Shown one piece after another: positions 12,816-25,833 of a DNA stretch of 64,000 nucleotides; position 1 is the first letter of the stretch, and every line of letters begins with the position of its first letter. The notes beneath the pieces were generated by a model. The model saw only the letters and a list, made by a program, of their open reading frames with translations, was not told the origin of the DNA and ran no database searches. Position numbers and translations under genes: made by a program. Source of the DNA: Carcharhinus amblyrhynchos (Eukaryota); the NCBI GenBank assembly GCA_965287045.1, contig OZ336877.1, forward strand, positions 68,696,001-68,760,000, read 5' to 3'.

Positions 12816-13852
12816 TTCTACAGTCTGGTGTGAGAGGAAGTGGGGGTGCATTGCATTAGGGCAATACTTCTAATGATTTTTTTTTTTAAAAGGGGATGGT
12901 TTAAGATAGAGGAGAAAGGGTTATCTCTAAATATAATTAAAGTTGCCAAACTCACCGTTGAGTCCTGAGGGCAGAACGTGCTCAACTTGAAGATGAGATG
13001 CTGCTCCTGGAGCTTCACTGGTGCATTGCCACAGGCCAAGGATGGACATGTGGGCATGAGGGTAAGGTGCTGAGTTAAAATGACAAGGAACAGGAGGGTT
13101 GGGGTCATGCTTGCAGACCAAATGAAGGTGTTCTGCAAAGCGGTCACTCAGTCTGTTGCTGCCAGACCTGCTGAACTTTCCCCAGTGTCCTCTCTTCTTG
13201 TTTCGGATTCCAGTATCTGCAGCATTGTTCTTATTTCAGTGCTTTTTGCATCTGAATACCGACTGAGACACTCTCTGCAGCCGAGCAAGTGATTGGCCAA
13301 AGTGTGGTTCAGTAGATAATTTAAAATTTAGAATTCTCACTAGAAATGTACAAAATATATTTTAAAGTGTTTCTTTTTCCTAATTCCCTTTCATTATTTT
13401 GCTGCTCATTCACGTAAAACTTCCTCTCATGTTCCCACTCACTGTTTTTCCCCTCCCTTCTTGTAGAGAAATACCTGGCCTGCACTCATAGCTGCTCTGA
13501 CAGCTCAGTTGAGATCAGGAACTCGCCATGTGGGAAATCACAGGCGTGAAGCCACATCCCACCATTCAGCTGTGCAGGCAATAGTAAGCCAATGTGTTGT
13601 GGCACTGGTCCACCCTGAAACTGTATATATATATTTTATTTAAACACAATCAGTGCAACAAAGACTCCAACTGCAGTCCAAAGGTAAGTGGCCTTTTATG
13701 GCCCCGTGTGACTTATTTTGTTTGCTTCCATAAATAAGTTTGTATTTTTCCCACCCTCCCTCTCATTGTCACACAACATATCCTAGGGGTATGTAATATG
13801 CCTATTCCCAGACTGCCAGCAACATCGCTGCAAGGAAGTGCTTGAGAGTGGC

Positions 13853-13990
13853 CCATGGTGACAACTTCTCTAACTTTCAGCTTCTTCCTGGCTTCCACTA
13901 GGTATCACAGTCTCATGGTTGAGATTAGCAGCTCACCCCAAGGGGAGTCGATATCATAGTGCTCTCCAAGATGTTGACGCTTCAGTGAAG
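13853..13990. repeat. 138-bp segment, inverted copy at 16436-16573
   Basis: Manual alignment gives 133/138 identity to the reverse complement of 16436-16573. Confidence 0.95.
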
Positions 13991-14539
13991 TGTTCCATTT
14001 AATATCCAATTCACTACACGCACAATCATTACAAAATTTGCATTCACTATTTGATAATCTTGTCTGAACTTTCATCGTTCTGGGCAATGACCAGGAGAGG
14101 ACAATAATAACAAAGATACATTTCTGGTCAGAATGAGTTGGTTCAAAGCACATGCCCTCTGCTTATATTTGCTAATGCTGGTGCTTTCCTCAAGAAGTGT
14201 AGAAGTGTTTCTATTGTAGATTAATTACAGTGCTACTGAAGGTAACCCTGTAAGGGAAACAGTAAAATAAAATTTGCATGGATCCAAATAAGTCAGATTT
14301 AAATTGATGTGCCATTTGATCTGTTGTTTAGGTGAAGTTGAAGTAGTGACCAAATGATGGCTGAACAGTCTTGAATGTATTAAGGTTGCTTCATGATTCA
14401 AATGTTATTTTACTGTTTCAGATATTAATTGAAGGTTGTGAATTATATATTATGAAAAATACAATAAAAGTCAATAAAAGTTTACATTTTAAACTGAATG
14501 GACAGCATTCTCAGAAACTGAAGTGGTCCATGTCCAAAT

Positions 14540-16298
14540 GTAGCAAGACCTTGGGTTGATAAGTTGCAAGTAACTTTTGCATCACACAAGTGCCAGGTAA
14601 TGACAATCTCCAAAAGAGAGAAAGTAACTATCGTCCCCCTTGACACTCAATGACATTATCATTACTGAAAGCCCCACTATCAATGCCCTAGAGGTTACAA
14701 TTGACCAGAGATTTAACTGAACCAGCCATATCATTTCCTAATCCACGGACCGCAATCACGAACAATAGGCAACAACATCTCCTCCACGATCTTCTTCAAC
14801 ACCAGTGCCCCACAAGCCTGTGTCCTCACCCCCTTACTATATTTCTTATACACCTATGACTGTGTGGCCAAATTCCCCTCCAACTTGATTTTCAAGTTTG
14901 CTGATAACACCTTCATAGTGGATCAGATCCCAAACAGTGATGAGACGGAGTACAGTAAAGGGATAGAGAATCTGGTGAAGTGGTGCAATGACAATAATCT
15001 CTCCCTCAATGTCAACAAAATGAAGAAGATTGTCATCAACTTCAGGAAGTGTAGTGGAGGACATACCCCTGCCTACGTCAATGGGAACAAAAAAGAAATG
15101 GTCGAAAGCTTCAAGGATTTAGGCGTCCAGATCACCAACAACCTGCCCTGGTCCCCCACCATGCCAACACTATAGTTAAGAAAGCCCACCAACACCTCAA
15201 CTTTCTCAGAAGACTGAGGAAATTTGGTATGTCCATTACGATGCTCATTAATTTTACAGATGCACCATAGAAAGCATTCTTTTTGGTTGTATCGCAGCTT
15301 GGTATGGCTGCTGTTCTGTCCATGACTGCAAGAAACTACAAAGGGTGGGACAAAGCCCGGTCTATCACTCAAACTAGCCTCCCACCCATTGACACTATTT
15401 ACACTTAGGAAAAGCAGCCAGCATAATTAACAACCTCATGCACCTTGGACTTTCTCTCTTCCACCTTCTTTCATCTAAAAAATTATACAAAATCAGAGGA
15501 CATGTGCCAACCAACTCAAGAACTGCCATCAGACTTTTGAATGAACCTACCTTGCATTAAGTTGATCTTTCCCTACACCCTCGCTATGACTGTAATACAA
15601 CATTCTGCACTCTCCTTTCCTTCTCTATGAATGGTGTGTTTAGTCTTAATAGTGCTTTTCATTGTATACGAGTACATGTGACAATAATAAACAAAATAAA
15701 ATCAAAATATGAAAACAGTGGCTACAAGAGCAGGACAGAGGCTAGGAACCCTGCTGTGAATAACTCACCTACTGACTCCCCAAGTCTTGTCCTCCATCTA
15801 TAAGGCGCAAGTCAGGAGTTTGTTGGTATATGCTGTACATGCCTGAATGTATGCAACTTCAGCAAGAAAGTTTAGAACAAAACACTCCAGTTGAGTGGTA
15901 CCTTATCCACAAGCATGGATGCACAATAGTATCATTATGTACATCCATAAGATGCACTGCAGAGATTCACCAAGGCTCCTTAGACAGCACCTTCTAAACC
16001 CATGACTGCTAACATCTAGAAAACCAAGGGTAACTGATACTTGGGAACACCACCAACTGGATGTTCGCCTCCAAGCCACTCAGCATCCTGACTTGGAAAT
16101 ATGCCATTGTTCCTTCACTGTTACTGGGTCAAAATCTTCAAACTTCCCCCCTAACAGCACTGTGCATGTATCTACACCACAAGGACAACAACAATTCAAG
16201 AAGGCAGCTCAGCAGCATCTCTTTAAGGGCAATTAGGAATGGGCGATAAGTACTTTCCAAGCCAATGACACTTACATCCCAAGAATGAATTTTAAAAA
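14540..16298 (+). mobile_element. Non-LTR LINE 3' part (CR1/L2/Jockey supergroup), split by Rex1 insertion
   Basis: WVDKLQVTFASHKCQVMTISK...IDQRFN*TSH at 14552-14732 continues as TVATRAGQRLGTL...PQVLSSIYKAQVRS at 15716+; 3' UTR ends atcccaagaatgaattttaaaaa. Confidence 0.75.
14733..15706 (+). mobile_element. Rex1/Babar LINE, 5'-truncated
   Basis: NTSAPQACVLTP / YTYDCVAKFPSNLIFKFADNT / LNVNKMKKIVINFRK / LRRLRKFG motifs; tail tgtgacaataataaacaaa...atcaaa; ATAT on both sides may be a short TSD. Confidence 0.85.
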
Positions 16299-16435
16299 GT
16301 GGTTTCTTCCTGAATATTCAGTGGAAGCTAATCGAAAAATTAGGGAAGGAAGTCATGAATTTGATCAAAAAGCATATTTTCCATATTGATTAAATCAGTT
16401 GAAAAATATTGCAGAGTTTTGGATCATTTGGATCG

Positions 16436-16573
16436 CTTCACTGAAGCACCAACATCTTGGAGAGCACTATGATACAGACTCCCCTTGGGGTGAGCTGCTA
16501 ATCTCAACCATGAGACTGTGATACCTAGTGGAAGCCAGGAAGAAGCTGAAAGTTGGAGAAGTTGTCACCATGG
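16436..16573. repeat. Inverted copy of 13853-13990
   Basis: See 13853-13990. Confidence 0.95.
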
Positions 16574-16647
16574 TCCTCGAAGATTTTGAAAGCAAGGACA
16601 ATGGAAATGGGTTGAGTTAATATGGGCACAGAGTTTTTAAAGTCAAT

Positions 16648-17704
16648 GGGAGCAATTTTTCCAAAAAGAAACTAAGTGCCCAATAGGCAGGAAAACGGGA
16701 GATATTCCTGCTCACTCATTGGGCATTCTTCGTCAGTTGAATTTCTGGCACTTAGTGCTTCACAGTCGGCTGGGGGATCCACGCTGGTAAGGGGGGGTGC
16801 ACGGGGCCTTTTCCCACTGAGAGGCTGACAGCATAGCATGGAGCGGGCCAGTGCACATGCACCGATCTGTCAGCAGGGAGATTGGCGCATGCGTACCGGT
16901 CGCACCACCGTCACTGGCCTCCCGATCGCTTGCCTCCTGATGTCTTCCACAACACCGCCCCAGCCCCGACCCCGATTGCCGCCTTCCCTGACATTCCCCC
17001 ATCTCCCCAACTCTGATTGCCGGCCACCTGTACTGCCCCCCCCCCCCCCCCCCCCCCCCCGCCCCCATGGCCAGTTCCGACCCCCACACCCCCCTCGCAA
17101 TCGCCGGCCTCCCTGATCTAGCCCCCTAAAAGCCAGCCCCAAATACCCCGTCCCTATGGTCAGCCCAATCGCCCCCTCCCTCTCTCCTCCACTGATCCTT
17201 AATGCAGATTTCGTAGTGGTTCCACCCCGCTGCCACTACCAATTGGTCCTATCCCAATAGGCCCCTCTCCCTTGGCACTGTGCAACGCCCAGTGGGCAGT
17301 ACCAGGCTGGCAGTGCCAGCCGAAGGCACCCCCTGCCCCAACCTCCTTGAGGGGTGCCTCAAGGGTCTTTGCTCCCACCAGCAAAATCTTCACGCCTGGT
17401 GCCTGTTGATGGGACCAGCTTTAATCCCCGCTGATGGGATCCTCTCCCAACAGGGCAGCAGGAAACATTTGCAAATCTGGACAATATTGTTACAGGCTCG
17501 CTAATGATGTTGAAATTCAGATTTACATATGGTGATCAGCTGCATGCTGATTTCAATGCGAGGTTGATTACGTTTAAGAAAAATAGCCTGGAAAAGTTGC
17601 AGTTGGCTTAGCGCCAGTCACGAATCTCGCTATAGCCCCCACTCCCCTGCTGAGTAGACCACTGGATTACTTGAGCAGTGCAGGGAGCCGGGAAAATCAC
17701 GTTC
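16648..17704. mobile_element. GC-rich non-autonomous TIR element (Harbinger-like)
   Basis: Ends gggagcaatttttcc / ggaaaatcacgttc; internal GATTGGCGCATGCG hairpin and poly-C; homologous in reverse orientation to 36180-37502 and 52530-53957. Confidence 0.7.
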
Positions 17705-17709
17705 AACAT

Positions 17710-18530
17710 GTGAGGGAGCAAGGCGTCAGTAGAGTTCAGTGATGATATAGCAATAAGGGTGGCGGAATCTGTGAAGGATTAGGTACAAGCTGCAGAAGTC
17801 TTGAGTATTTGGAGCATCTGTGATTTGGATAAGGGTTTCAGCAATGGTCTGATGACACTGGGGAGTCGGCGTGAGATGTGCCAGGTGTGGAAGCAAGCAA
17901 TATTTGCGTTGGCTTAGGATGAAATTAGGATCTTAATTCATGGTCAGCATGCAATTCAGAAGTCTATTAACCATCAAGTCCTGCCTGTCGAATGTCATGA
18001 ACTTTCTTCAGCTTAACAATGGCAATATTGAAATTATGCTCTGAAGTGGGAGTCAAAGAAAAGGCTTCACTGCCAGTTGTAAGCCTGAAAAGCTTCAGAC
18101 AAATAACATTAGATAGGTAATGAGAAAACATTGTGACAGTTAAAGAATTGGCGATGACAATAGGCCTGAATAGCTAGATGAGATCAACTTATATGATATT
18201 ATCAAATGTAATATTCAAAAAGGGAGATGAATGATATGAAGTTGGGTAGAGATGGAGCTTCAAAAGAAAGTAGAGGTTGAAGATGCGTGGTGGTTCAAGG
18301 AGGCAGAGGTGTCAAGACTGGCTTTTTAAGGTGGATTAAGAATATGTTTTAATAAAGAGAATGATGTTTGAGGAAAGGAAGATATTAACGTAGCATCTAG
18401 CATTTGGTCAAGTAGTGGTGGTTTACTGAGTAAGAGTTGGGTCGATGGTTGGGAATTGCAAGAGAGCAGATTGGGAATTTCATAAGGGAAATTACATGAA
18501 GTCGGTTTATTAATCCAATATATTGACACA
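17710..18530 (-). mobile_element. Old L2 LINE RT fragment
   Basis: KPTSCNFPYEIPNLL...PLLDQML..LISSF..FSLLK and LKKPVLT resemble the L2 motif PTSCSLDPIPTKLL...KxAVITPLLKKPxLD. Confidence 0.55.
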
Positions 18531-19246
18531 TTATTGATGCTAGCACTAATACAGAGTACTAACTAGTTGGAGGGCTGTGGAGATATTCCAGTCACATAAT
18601 AGGACAGGAGTATAAATAAAATGAAGTTGAGAGCCTAAGGAACTTAGTGCACAACTTCTGGATTAACTCCTCAGGCTGAATTTGATAGGAACTTGAGAGC
18701 AAATTCCGGCTCAGAGTTCTGCGGCATTTTAGCGTCAGCAATGCAACACAATTTTTATCAGCAAAGGCCCTAATTGGGTCAGAGGTAAGTTCAGCGACCA
18801 GTTACAGGGCCCAGGCATCACCTTAAGGTGGGAAATAGCTCTGGAGAATGATTTTTAAAGACAGCTTTGACTAGGCTTGCTATTGCCTGGACAAATGGAG
18901 CATTCAGGAGAACAGCCTTCAAATGCCCAAACATCCTCTCTTCAGGTATTTAATTCTCCCTGTTCAAGCTGTGGAAACTTTGTGCCACGGCATTAGTTCT
19001 TCAACTCTCCTTTTTTTAATCACGATTTTGAATCAGCAACCACAATAAATATTGGCTCCCCATTGTGTTCCCAACAGCCGTGTAATAATGCGTAGCAGAC
19101 ATTCACTATTCCCGTTCTCACCTTTGAAAACTTGATTCTGTTCCTCTTGACAACCTCTTCAATGTGCTTAGCAGATGGTTAATTGGAGATGTGCAGGTAT
19201 TCAGCTCTCCCACTTCTGCCCCCACCCCAGTGTCTTCCTTTGCATT

Positions 19247-20303
19247 ATAAGAACATAAGAACTAGGAGCAGGAGTAGGCCATCTGGCCCCTCGAGCCTGT
19301 TCCACCATTCAGTAAGATCATGGCTGATCTTTTTGTGGACTCAGCTCTACTTACCCGCCTGCTCACTTTAATTCCTTCACTGTTCAAAAATTTATCTCTC
19401 CTTGCCTTAAAAACATTCAATGAGGTAGCCTCAACTGCACCACTGGGCAGGGAATTCCACAGATTCACAACCCTTTGTGTGAAGAAGTTCCTCCTCAACT
19501 CAGTCCTAAATCTGCTTCCCCTTATTTTGAGGCTATGCACCCTAGTTCTAGTTTCACCCACCAGTAGAAACAACATCCCTGCTTCAACCTTATCTATTCC
19601 CTTCATAACCTTACCGGTTTCCAAAAGATTTCCCCTCATTCTTCTGAATTCCAATGAGTATAGCCCCAATCTATTCAGCCTCTGCTCATAAGCCAACCCT
19701 CTCAACTCTGGAATCAACCAGTGAATCTCCTCTGCATGCCCCTCCACCTCCCCCCCCCCCACCACCCCGTGCCAGTCTATCCTTTCTCAAGTAAGGAGAC
19801 CAAAATTGTACACAGTACTCCAGATGTGGCCTCACCAGCACCTTATACAACTGCGACAGAATCTTGCTGTTTTTAAACTTCATCCCTGTAGCAATAAAAA
19901 TTCCATTTGCCTTCTTATTATCTGCTGCACTTGCAAACCAAATCCTTGAGATTTCTGCACAAGGACCCCAGGCCCCTCTGCACAACAGCATGTTGCAATT
20001 TTGCTGTTATTTCTACCAAAATGGATGACCTCATATTTACCAACATTGTACTCCATCTGCCAGACCCTTGCCCATTCACTTAGATTATCTATATCCTTTT
20101 GCATAGTTTCAGTGTCCTCTGCACACTTTGCTCTTCCACCCATTTTAATGCCATTTGCGAATTTTGACACACTACATTTGGTCCCCAACTCCAAATCATC
20201 TGTGTAAATCGTAAACGATTGTAGTCCCAACACTAATCCCTGAAGCACACCACTAGTCACGGACCAGAAAACCACCCACTTTCCTTCACTCTTTCTGTTA
20301 GTT
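19247..20303 (-). mobile_element. CR1 LINE (HER1-like) RT 3' ~1 kb
   Basis: VTSGVLQGLVLG, SKFANGIKMGG, WQMEYNVGK, LYKVLVRPHLEYCVQFWSPYLRKD, RNFFTQRVVNLWNSLP; (ttcttatg)n-type tail; frameshifted. Confidence 0.95.
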
Positions 20304-20599
20304 AAATTGAAGCATGTTACCAAGATGGCCGAAAAGTGAGACGTCATCAAAGAGCACTATTTTTAAAGAGGTTCTCACCACTCAATCACTTCCCCAGGAA
20401 CAACTGAAAATCCAGCCCCAAGTCTCTTTTGCACTTGTTGTCCACACTGGGGCACGCTGAGTGACTCAGGTCTCTGCAGCAAATTTTTCAAGGAGTCCCC
20501 ACTAATTGAGGTTCACTGTACCGAGTAAGTATTGTTAGCTCATCCATAGTTACACACGGTTTCCTAGATTCAATTCCCCAGACTGCACTAAAATAGATG

Positions 20600-22800
20600 G
20601 GACATTCGCCACGATTTTACCAGTTCGTCCCATCCATTAATGAGCAGAGAGAGCTGGTAAAATTGCATGAGAGCCGAGAAATCAGGATCATGCGCCCATT
20701 TCTGGTGGGAGGCTGAATAGGTTATTCAAATGTATGGAAATGCAAATTTACATGGCATTAGCAAGCCCAGCATTCTAAGACCAGGAGAGACAATGGCTGG
20801 AATTTTACAAGAAAAATCTAAGTGTCCAGCTAGTATGAAACTGGGAGAGTTTCGGATCTGTTTTTTGGACAAGTCTTTATTACCAATCTTATGTAATGAT
20901 AAGAGAGAAAGAGAGAGAGAGAGTTCTGTCAGGCCTCTGCTGTTACAGCTAGCCTCAACCCAGCAGTCCCCCCTCCCCTCAACAATTGTGGGGACCTGAG
21001 GCTGATCGTGAGCCCCACAGAGCCTGAAAATATTGACCACACCTCCCTCCAAGGTCCAGACTGATCATGGCTCCTGACCACCGATCACAGGCAAAGTGGG
21101 CAGCAGGCTCCCCCTCCACTAACTGCAGACAGAATGCACAGCAGGACCCCTTTCTCTCTGATTGGGCTGCCCCAGCCTGGCCTCACTGCTTCAGGCCCAG
21201 CCCCATAGACGTCCCCCGCTTCAGGTCCTGTACCCATAAGTCTCACCCTCTTTAGGTCTCACCTCCATAGGTCATGCACCTTTAGTCCATGCCCCTGAGA
21301 CTGCCTGCTGGGCATTGCTTGTGTTCACTTGTCTTTGTGGCTTTGCCAGGAGAGGTTCTGTCCAATGGGGAAAACACCTGGTCCCCAGGAAAGTGTCTTG
21401 CCCTAGCTGATAGGCCATTGAGGCCCCCCCCCACCCCGTACATTGGTATTGCCAGCTTGGCACCTTGCAATGCCCAGCAGGCAGTCTTAGGGGCATGGAC
21501 TAAAGGGCCACTTCTGGTCAAGTTATTGCCTGGAGCAGCATCACTAGGCCCCTTTTACATGCTGGACAGTCCTGACCACCACATGGATTTCCAGTATTTA
21601 GTTTGCATGACGGTGTATCACAACCCCATCCACCACCACCTCACACTGCAAAACCTAGTGACGACAGCTTTGGCCACACAACTGCATCCTGAACTCTCTT
21701 CTCATGTGCCAGCATTATCCTAATCTGCACTCCAAGGCTGTGGGGTGCTGTTGGACCATGAGGGAACAAGTGGCCCTTAGGAGACAAATGCTGATCTGCT
21801 TTCTTTGATGCTGCAATGAGGAGAGAATCAGGAAGATGAAGCCTGGTGATCTTGATGTCTGCATCATTGCTATGGGTAGGAGAGAAGAAGGAGAAGAATG
21901 TGATGGAGGCACCTGGCTCCATCAGATAGTCCCCAGAATGTTGTCATTCATAGGCCCTCGCTAAATCCATGGTCTATAAACAGTGCATGTGCTTTCTGCA
22001 GATGAGTGCCAGTGTCCATACCTGCCAAGGGACCTAGCTGCTCAGCTATGCCACCAGTAGGGACCTCTCCCTCTTGTTATGAGCCAGCTTATCCTGCAAC
22101 AGGACAGTTGGAGAGAGTGTAAGCAAAATGTCTGGCAGGCCAGATGAGAAGGATGCCTGGCTTGTGACAGTGGTGAGTGGTGCCATGGATACAATGAGGG
22201 CACGGTCCACAGAGCAGATGAAAATCTTTGCGAAAGAATGAGTGGTGATATCCCTTGAGCTAGCGTGAGTGAGGTTTTTGTGAATGTGTGATGGGCTTGT
22301 GAGTTATGTGAATTGAGTCAAATGAGAAAAGTGACCTATCCCGGTGGAATGGAGATCATTCTCACTCCTGTGACACAGAGTGGCTGTTCTGTTTTGTAGA
22401 GTGTTGGTGCTCACCACCACCGCCACTGCCTTTCATGTTGGGTTGGTCACCTTGGTTCTTCGCCTAGAGCAGGGGTAGAGGATTTCACAACGGGCCTCCA
22501 CTATGTGCACTAATTGCCAAGAGAGGTGTCACTGAATTTGTGGACATTTGAATTTGTCTTTCCACCAGCTTCACCCTGTGCAGGGCACCCTTTAAATATG
22601 GCACCCGGATTACAGAAGGCCTGTGGTCATGGTGGGTCAGGTGAATTGGAGGCTACCCCAGCAGCAGCTCGATGTTCTTGACTTTTACCAACAAGTTGTG
22701 CACGATATGGGGTGAAAAGCCACTATTGACATCAGTGGATCAAACATCGGTTTCCCCGCCTGCTTGCGGACTGTACAAATTTTGTGGAAAATCCTGCTCG
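20600..22800. mobile_element. Internally deleted PIF/Harbinger element (transposase N-terminal remnant +, Myb/SANT remnant -)
   Basis: About 21950-22010 (+) ALAKSMVYKQCMCFLQMS resembles RxRVYRxRxSFLQMT; 22340-22550 (-) KFSDTSL..VEARCEILYPCSRRR..AVAVVVSTNTLQNRTATLC is Myb/SANT-like; ends ggaaaatcctgctc. Confidence 0.7.
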
Positions 22801-23538
22801 CAGAGTGGAAAATTAGTCTGGCTGTCAGCTACCACTAACAGATGTGTGATGATGACATGACTGTGATGGCCTGCTAATGCACACAATAAATGGATACTTC
22901 AGCAAGGACGTGGAATGAAATTGTGGAACTACTTTCCAGCATGTAGTCAGCAGGATGAAAGAGAGAAAAGGGAAGATAAAGAGGGCGTAGAACTGTCATT
23001 GTTATTCAGCGGTCAGTGCACAGAGCTCTGCTCATGCATTTAAGGACTTGGCCCTCGCAGTTGCCTTTCCTTACACCACAAGAGAGGATTGTACAATGCT
23101 GCTGGCTTACACCATTTTCAAAGCTGGCATCGTTAACGAACAGTACCTGTGGGATAACTGCAGCAAAAGCAAACTAGCTTACTGCAGCACTTGTCCATTC
23201 TAAAGCTGTTTATTTCAGTGACAGGACAGTCACAACTTGTCAGTCAGAGAATTGAGAAACAAAGAACTGGTTCAAAAGCAAGTTTGGGTTAAAAATAAAG
23301 AAAATGAAACCAAAGTAGTTACAAGAATGAAGCAGATTTTTTCAGATAACACAGAGCTGTCAGTGTAGATTGGAAACAAATATCTCAGATTGTAGAAATC
23401 CTACAGTACCTAGGAAGTCTGAATCTTCAAATTTGTTTGAAACAAAAATCCTCCTGGGTGGTCTGTGAAGCAAGTAGTGCAGTTATCAAATATCCCGGCA
23501 GAGTTGTTAGCCTTTGGCAAATCGGTCTCTCCTAACAG

Positions 23539-23599
23539 GGTGCAGAGATAATCGAAGCTCTAAGACAGGCAGTCTTTACTGCCCAATGGTCAGAAACAG
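23539..23599 (+). other. Candidate small exon (unassigned)
   Basis: Acceptor tctctcctaacag, donor CAG|GTTCGT; ATG at 23586 gives MVRN(R), phase 2; lies in a TE-poor island. Confidence 0.15.
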
Positions 23600-25747
23600 G
23601 TTCGTGAATTCATTTTGCTGCAGTGGATTTTTGCTCAGTTCTGAAACGGGTCTTACTTGTGTAAGCCAACCATTTAAATTATTGCTTTAAAATGTAAACA
23701 GACTTCTCCATTTGGAGTCAGAATCCGGGAAATGGAGTTTGTTTTAGTACATGAGAGGCCTGACACATTGAACTTTTTGAGGGGCCTGTGCACAGCCACT
23801 AAGGATGGGATATTTACAGATAAATTTGAATAATCTAATTTTGTTCTGTACTCCTGAAGGAAAATAGTCACACTGCACATAGATATAAATCAGGAAAATT
23901 GGACCCAATTCTGTTCCTGTTTCAGTGCTTACTGCCATGTGGTGAAAATTGAGCTCTAAATCATATCAGCTGCCTGAATCAAAAATGAATAAGGTCTCTG
24001 GTTTTGCGCTGAGGCTAATGGAGAGTTCTACTTAGTATTCTGCGTCTGCTTAGATTGCTCAATTAAAATGAATCGCACCAGCATTTAGAAAGGTCTGTAC
24101 CTCACCTGCTTGTTGTTCATTTCGAGTGCTCGCTAAATAAAAATGAATTGGTCAGTTTTGAAATCTTTCAGTCAGACTTATATGCAGTCATTTTTGGATC
24201 AGGCAGGTGGGCATAAGCGAGTCCCTGCAGTGACCACCATTCAGACAAATGACCCTTGTGGCTTCTAATGCGCTGCCCTGCTGTTCATTATTCCCAAACA
24301 TTCAGATTTAGTTTATGTTCGACTCCAGTGTTAAAATATATGCAGTTTTCTTTTGTATTTTACCCACCCAATATTCCTGTTCCTAAGAATAAAAGGAAGT
24401 CTTGCCAGGAATTAGACAGTAATGTTTACTGAGTTCAGTGTTGGATGTGATTCCATGTTGTAAAAATCATGCTGAGAAAATGACTTTTTTACCACATGGA
24501 GTTTATGGACTAAATTGCATCCAGTTTTACCAAGCAAGTAACATTTCTGACCATCTTCCAGCATTGTTCCTTTGCTCCAAATCATGACAAAAATATAAAG
24601 TGAGGGGAAAGACAATGTTAATCTCTTACTGATCTTTTTTGTTGTTGTTGCAGTTTACTGCATCCTTTATTTTGCTGCCTCATTGTCTGCAGCCTGTTTT
24701 GTCAGCTTCATAAACAGGGTTGTCCATATTACTGCTCAACATTGACTCACAGTAGGTCTGTTACCTGGTTTATTCATCACAGTCACTTTGCAGAGCATGT
24801 TTAATAAATATGTGTAGCACTGAAGAGGTTAAAAACTTGCCATGGACTTGGTGCACACATTAATCTCTAGGGAGGAAGCTTGTAACCTGGAGACAAGCTT
24901 GTACTGGTGTCCCACAGTGACAGCTGGTAATGGAAATACTTGCTGCTGCAGAAAGGCCATTAAGTGTGCCACTCATTCAGAGCCTTGTGCAGCAAAAGCT
25001 TCAGCTCCACCCATAAGTGTGGCAGGCTTTGTCATTCTAATTGACCTGTGTATGTGGAGTGCTGCCATTATTTACTTTTGGCTGGGGGCTTATGTTTACA
25101 CAGCATGTTGGATTCCTGATGCCATGTCACAAGGGTGTAGTGTGTGCAAGTTCTGCAGCAATATCTTTAGGCACTTTTCTTTTCAGTGTCTAATCTAGGT
25201 CTGTCAAATACATGTGCTTCTCGACTCAAGAGCACAGAAGGGATATAAGGCCTACAGGGAGGAATTACTCCTAATTTCTCAAATAATTGCTAGGCTGTTG
25301 CCTTGTTAGTCACTGGAAATAATATCCTAGTCCCTGGCTTTTATAGATAGTCTTCTAGGGACATTAGCTGGCAACACCTTTTTAACTGAGCCCATTCACT
25401 CACAAAATCAGAATACCAGAGCCTACAAAATTAATCAACACCGCTTCCATTATATATATTTTAGATTGTTGTTGCCGTGGCAATAAAGTCAGGGACATTG
25501 AATCTCCCCTCTTCAGCCATTGTTATCTTCCCTGGCCATCTGCTGTAGAGGAGTAATATTCTATCTCATTTGCATGATGACTGATATATGGGAAGCTTGG
25601 AAGGACATATGCTGCAGCAATCATGTGATGAAAATTAAAGTGAAAGTTTTGGGCCCAGAGCCGAAATCTGTGTGTGAGGCTGTTGATGTGCAAATGTAGA
25701 ATATTGAGGGCTATGAATAGGGATGTATGACGTAGAAACGCACACAA

Positions 25748-25833
25748 ATGCAGGTGCTTATCTCTATGCAGTCAAAGGCACTGGATATCGCATCTTGGGG
25801 ACTGCTACAGCTCCAGTACAAGCAGATGAAAAA
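25748..25833 (+). other. Candidate alternative first coding exon (unassigned)
   Basis: Open frame MQVLISMQSKALDIASWGLLQLQYKQMK to donor AA|GTAAGA (phase 2); upstream octamer ATTTGCAT at 25568 and TCATGTGA at 25621. Confidence 0.2.

Larger units (their letters stand above)
12001..13240 (-). mobile_element. Penelope element with inverted termini, interrupted by CR1 and MITE
   Basis: Termini at 12001-12110 (cagcaggtctggcag) and 13150-13240 (ctgccagacctgctg) are inverted; 12935-13147 (-) encodes PVPCHFNSAPYPHAHMSILGLWQC..LQEQHLIFKLST..GLNGEF, a GIY-YIG C-terminus. Confidence 0.75.

Noticed and set aside
13467-13689. Possible + exon (acceptor at 13466; donors at 13584 and AAG|GTAAGT at 13684)
   Set aside because: Peptide unrecognisable and context is repeat-rich; splice-like motifs are expected by chance
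17035-17060. Long poly-C runs (also about 56799-56822)
   Set aside because: Homopolymer expansions within MITEs; lengths may be sequencing-dependent
19262-20350. Longest ORFs (167 and 156 aa) as a host gene
   Set aside because: Frameshifted CR1 reverse transcriptase remnants
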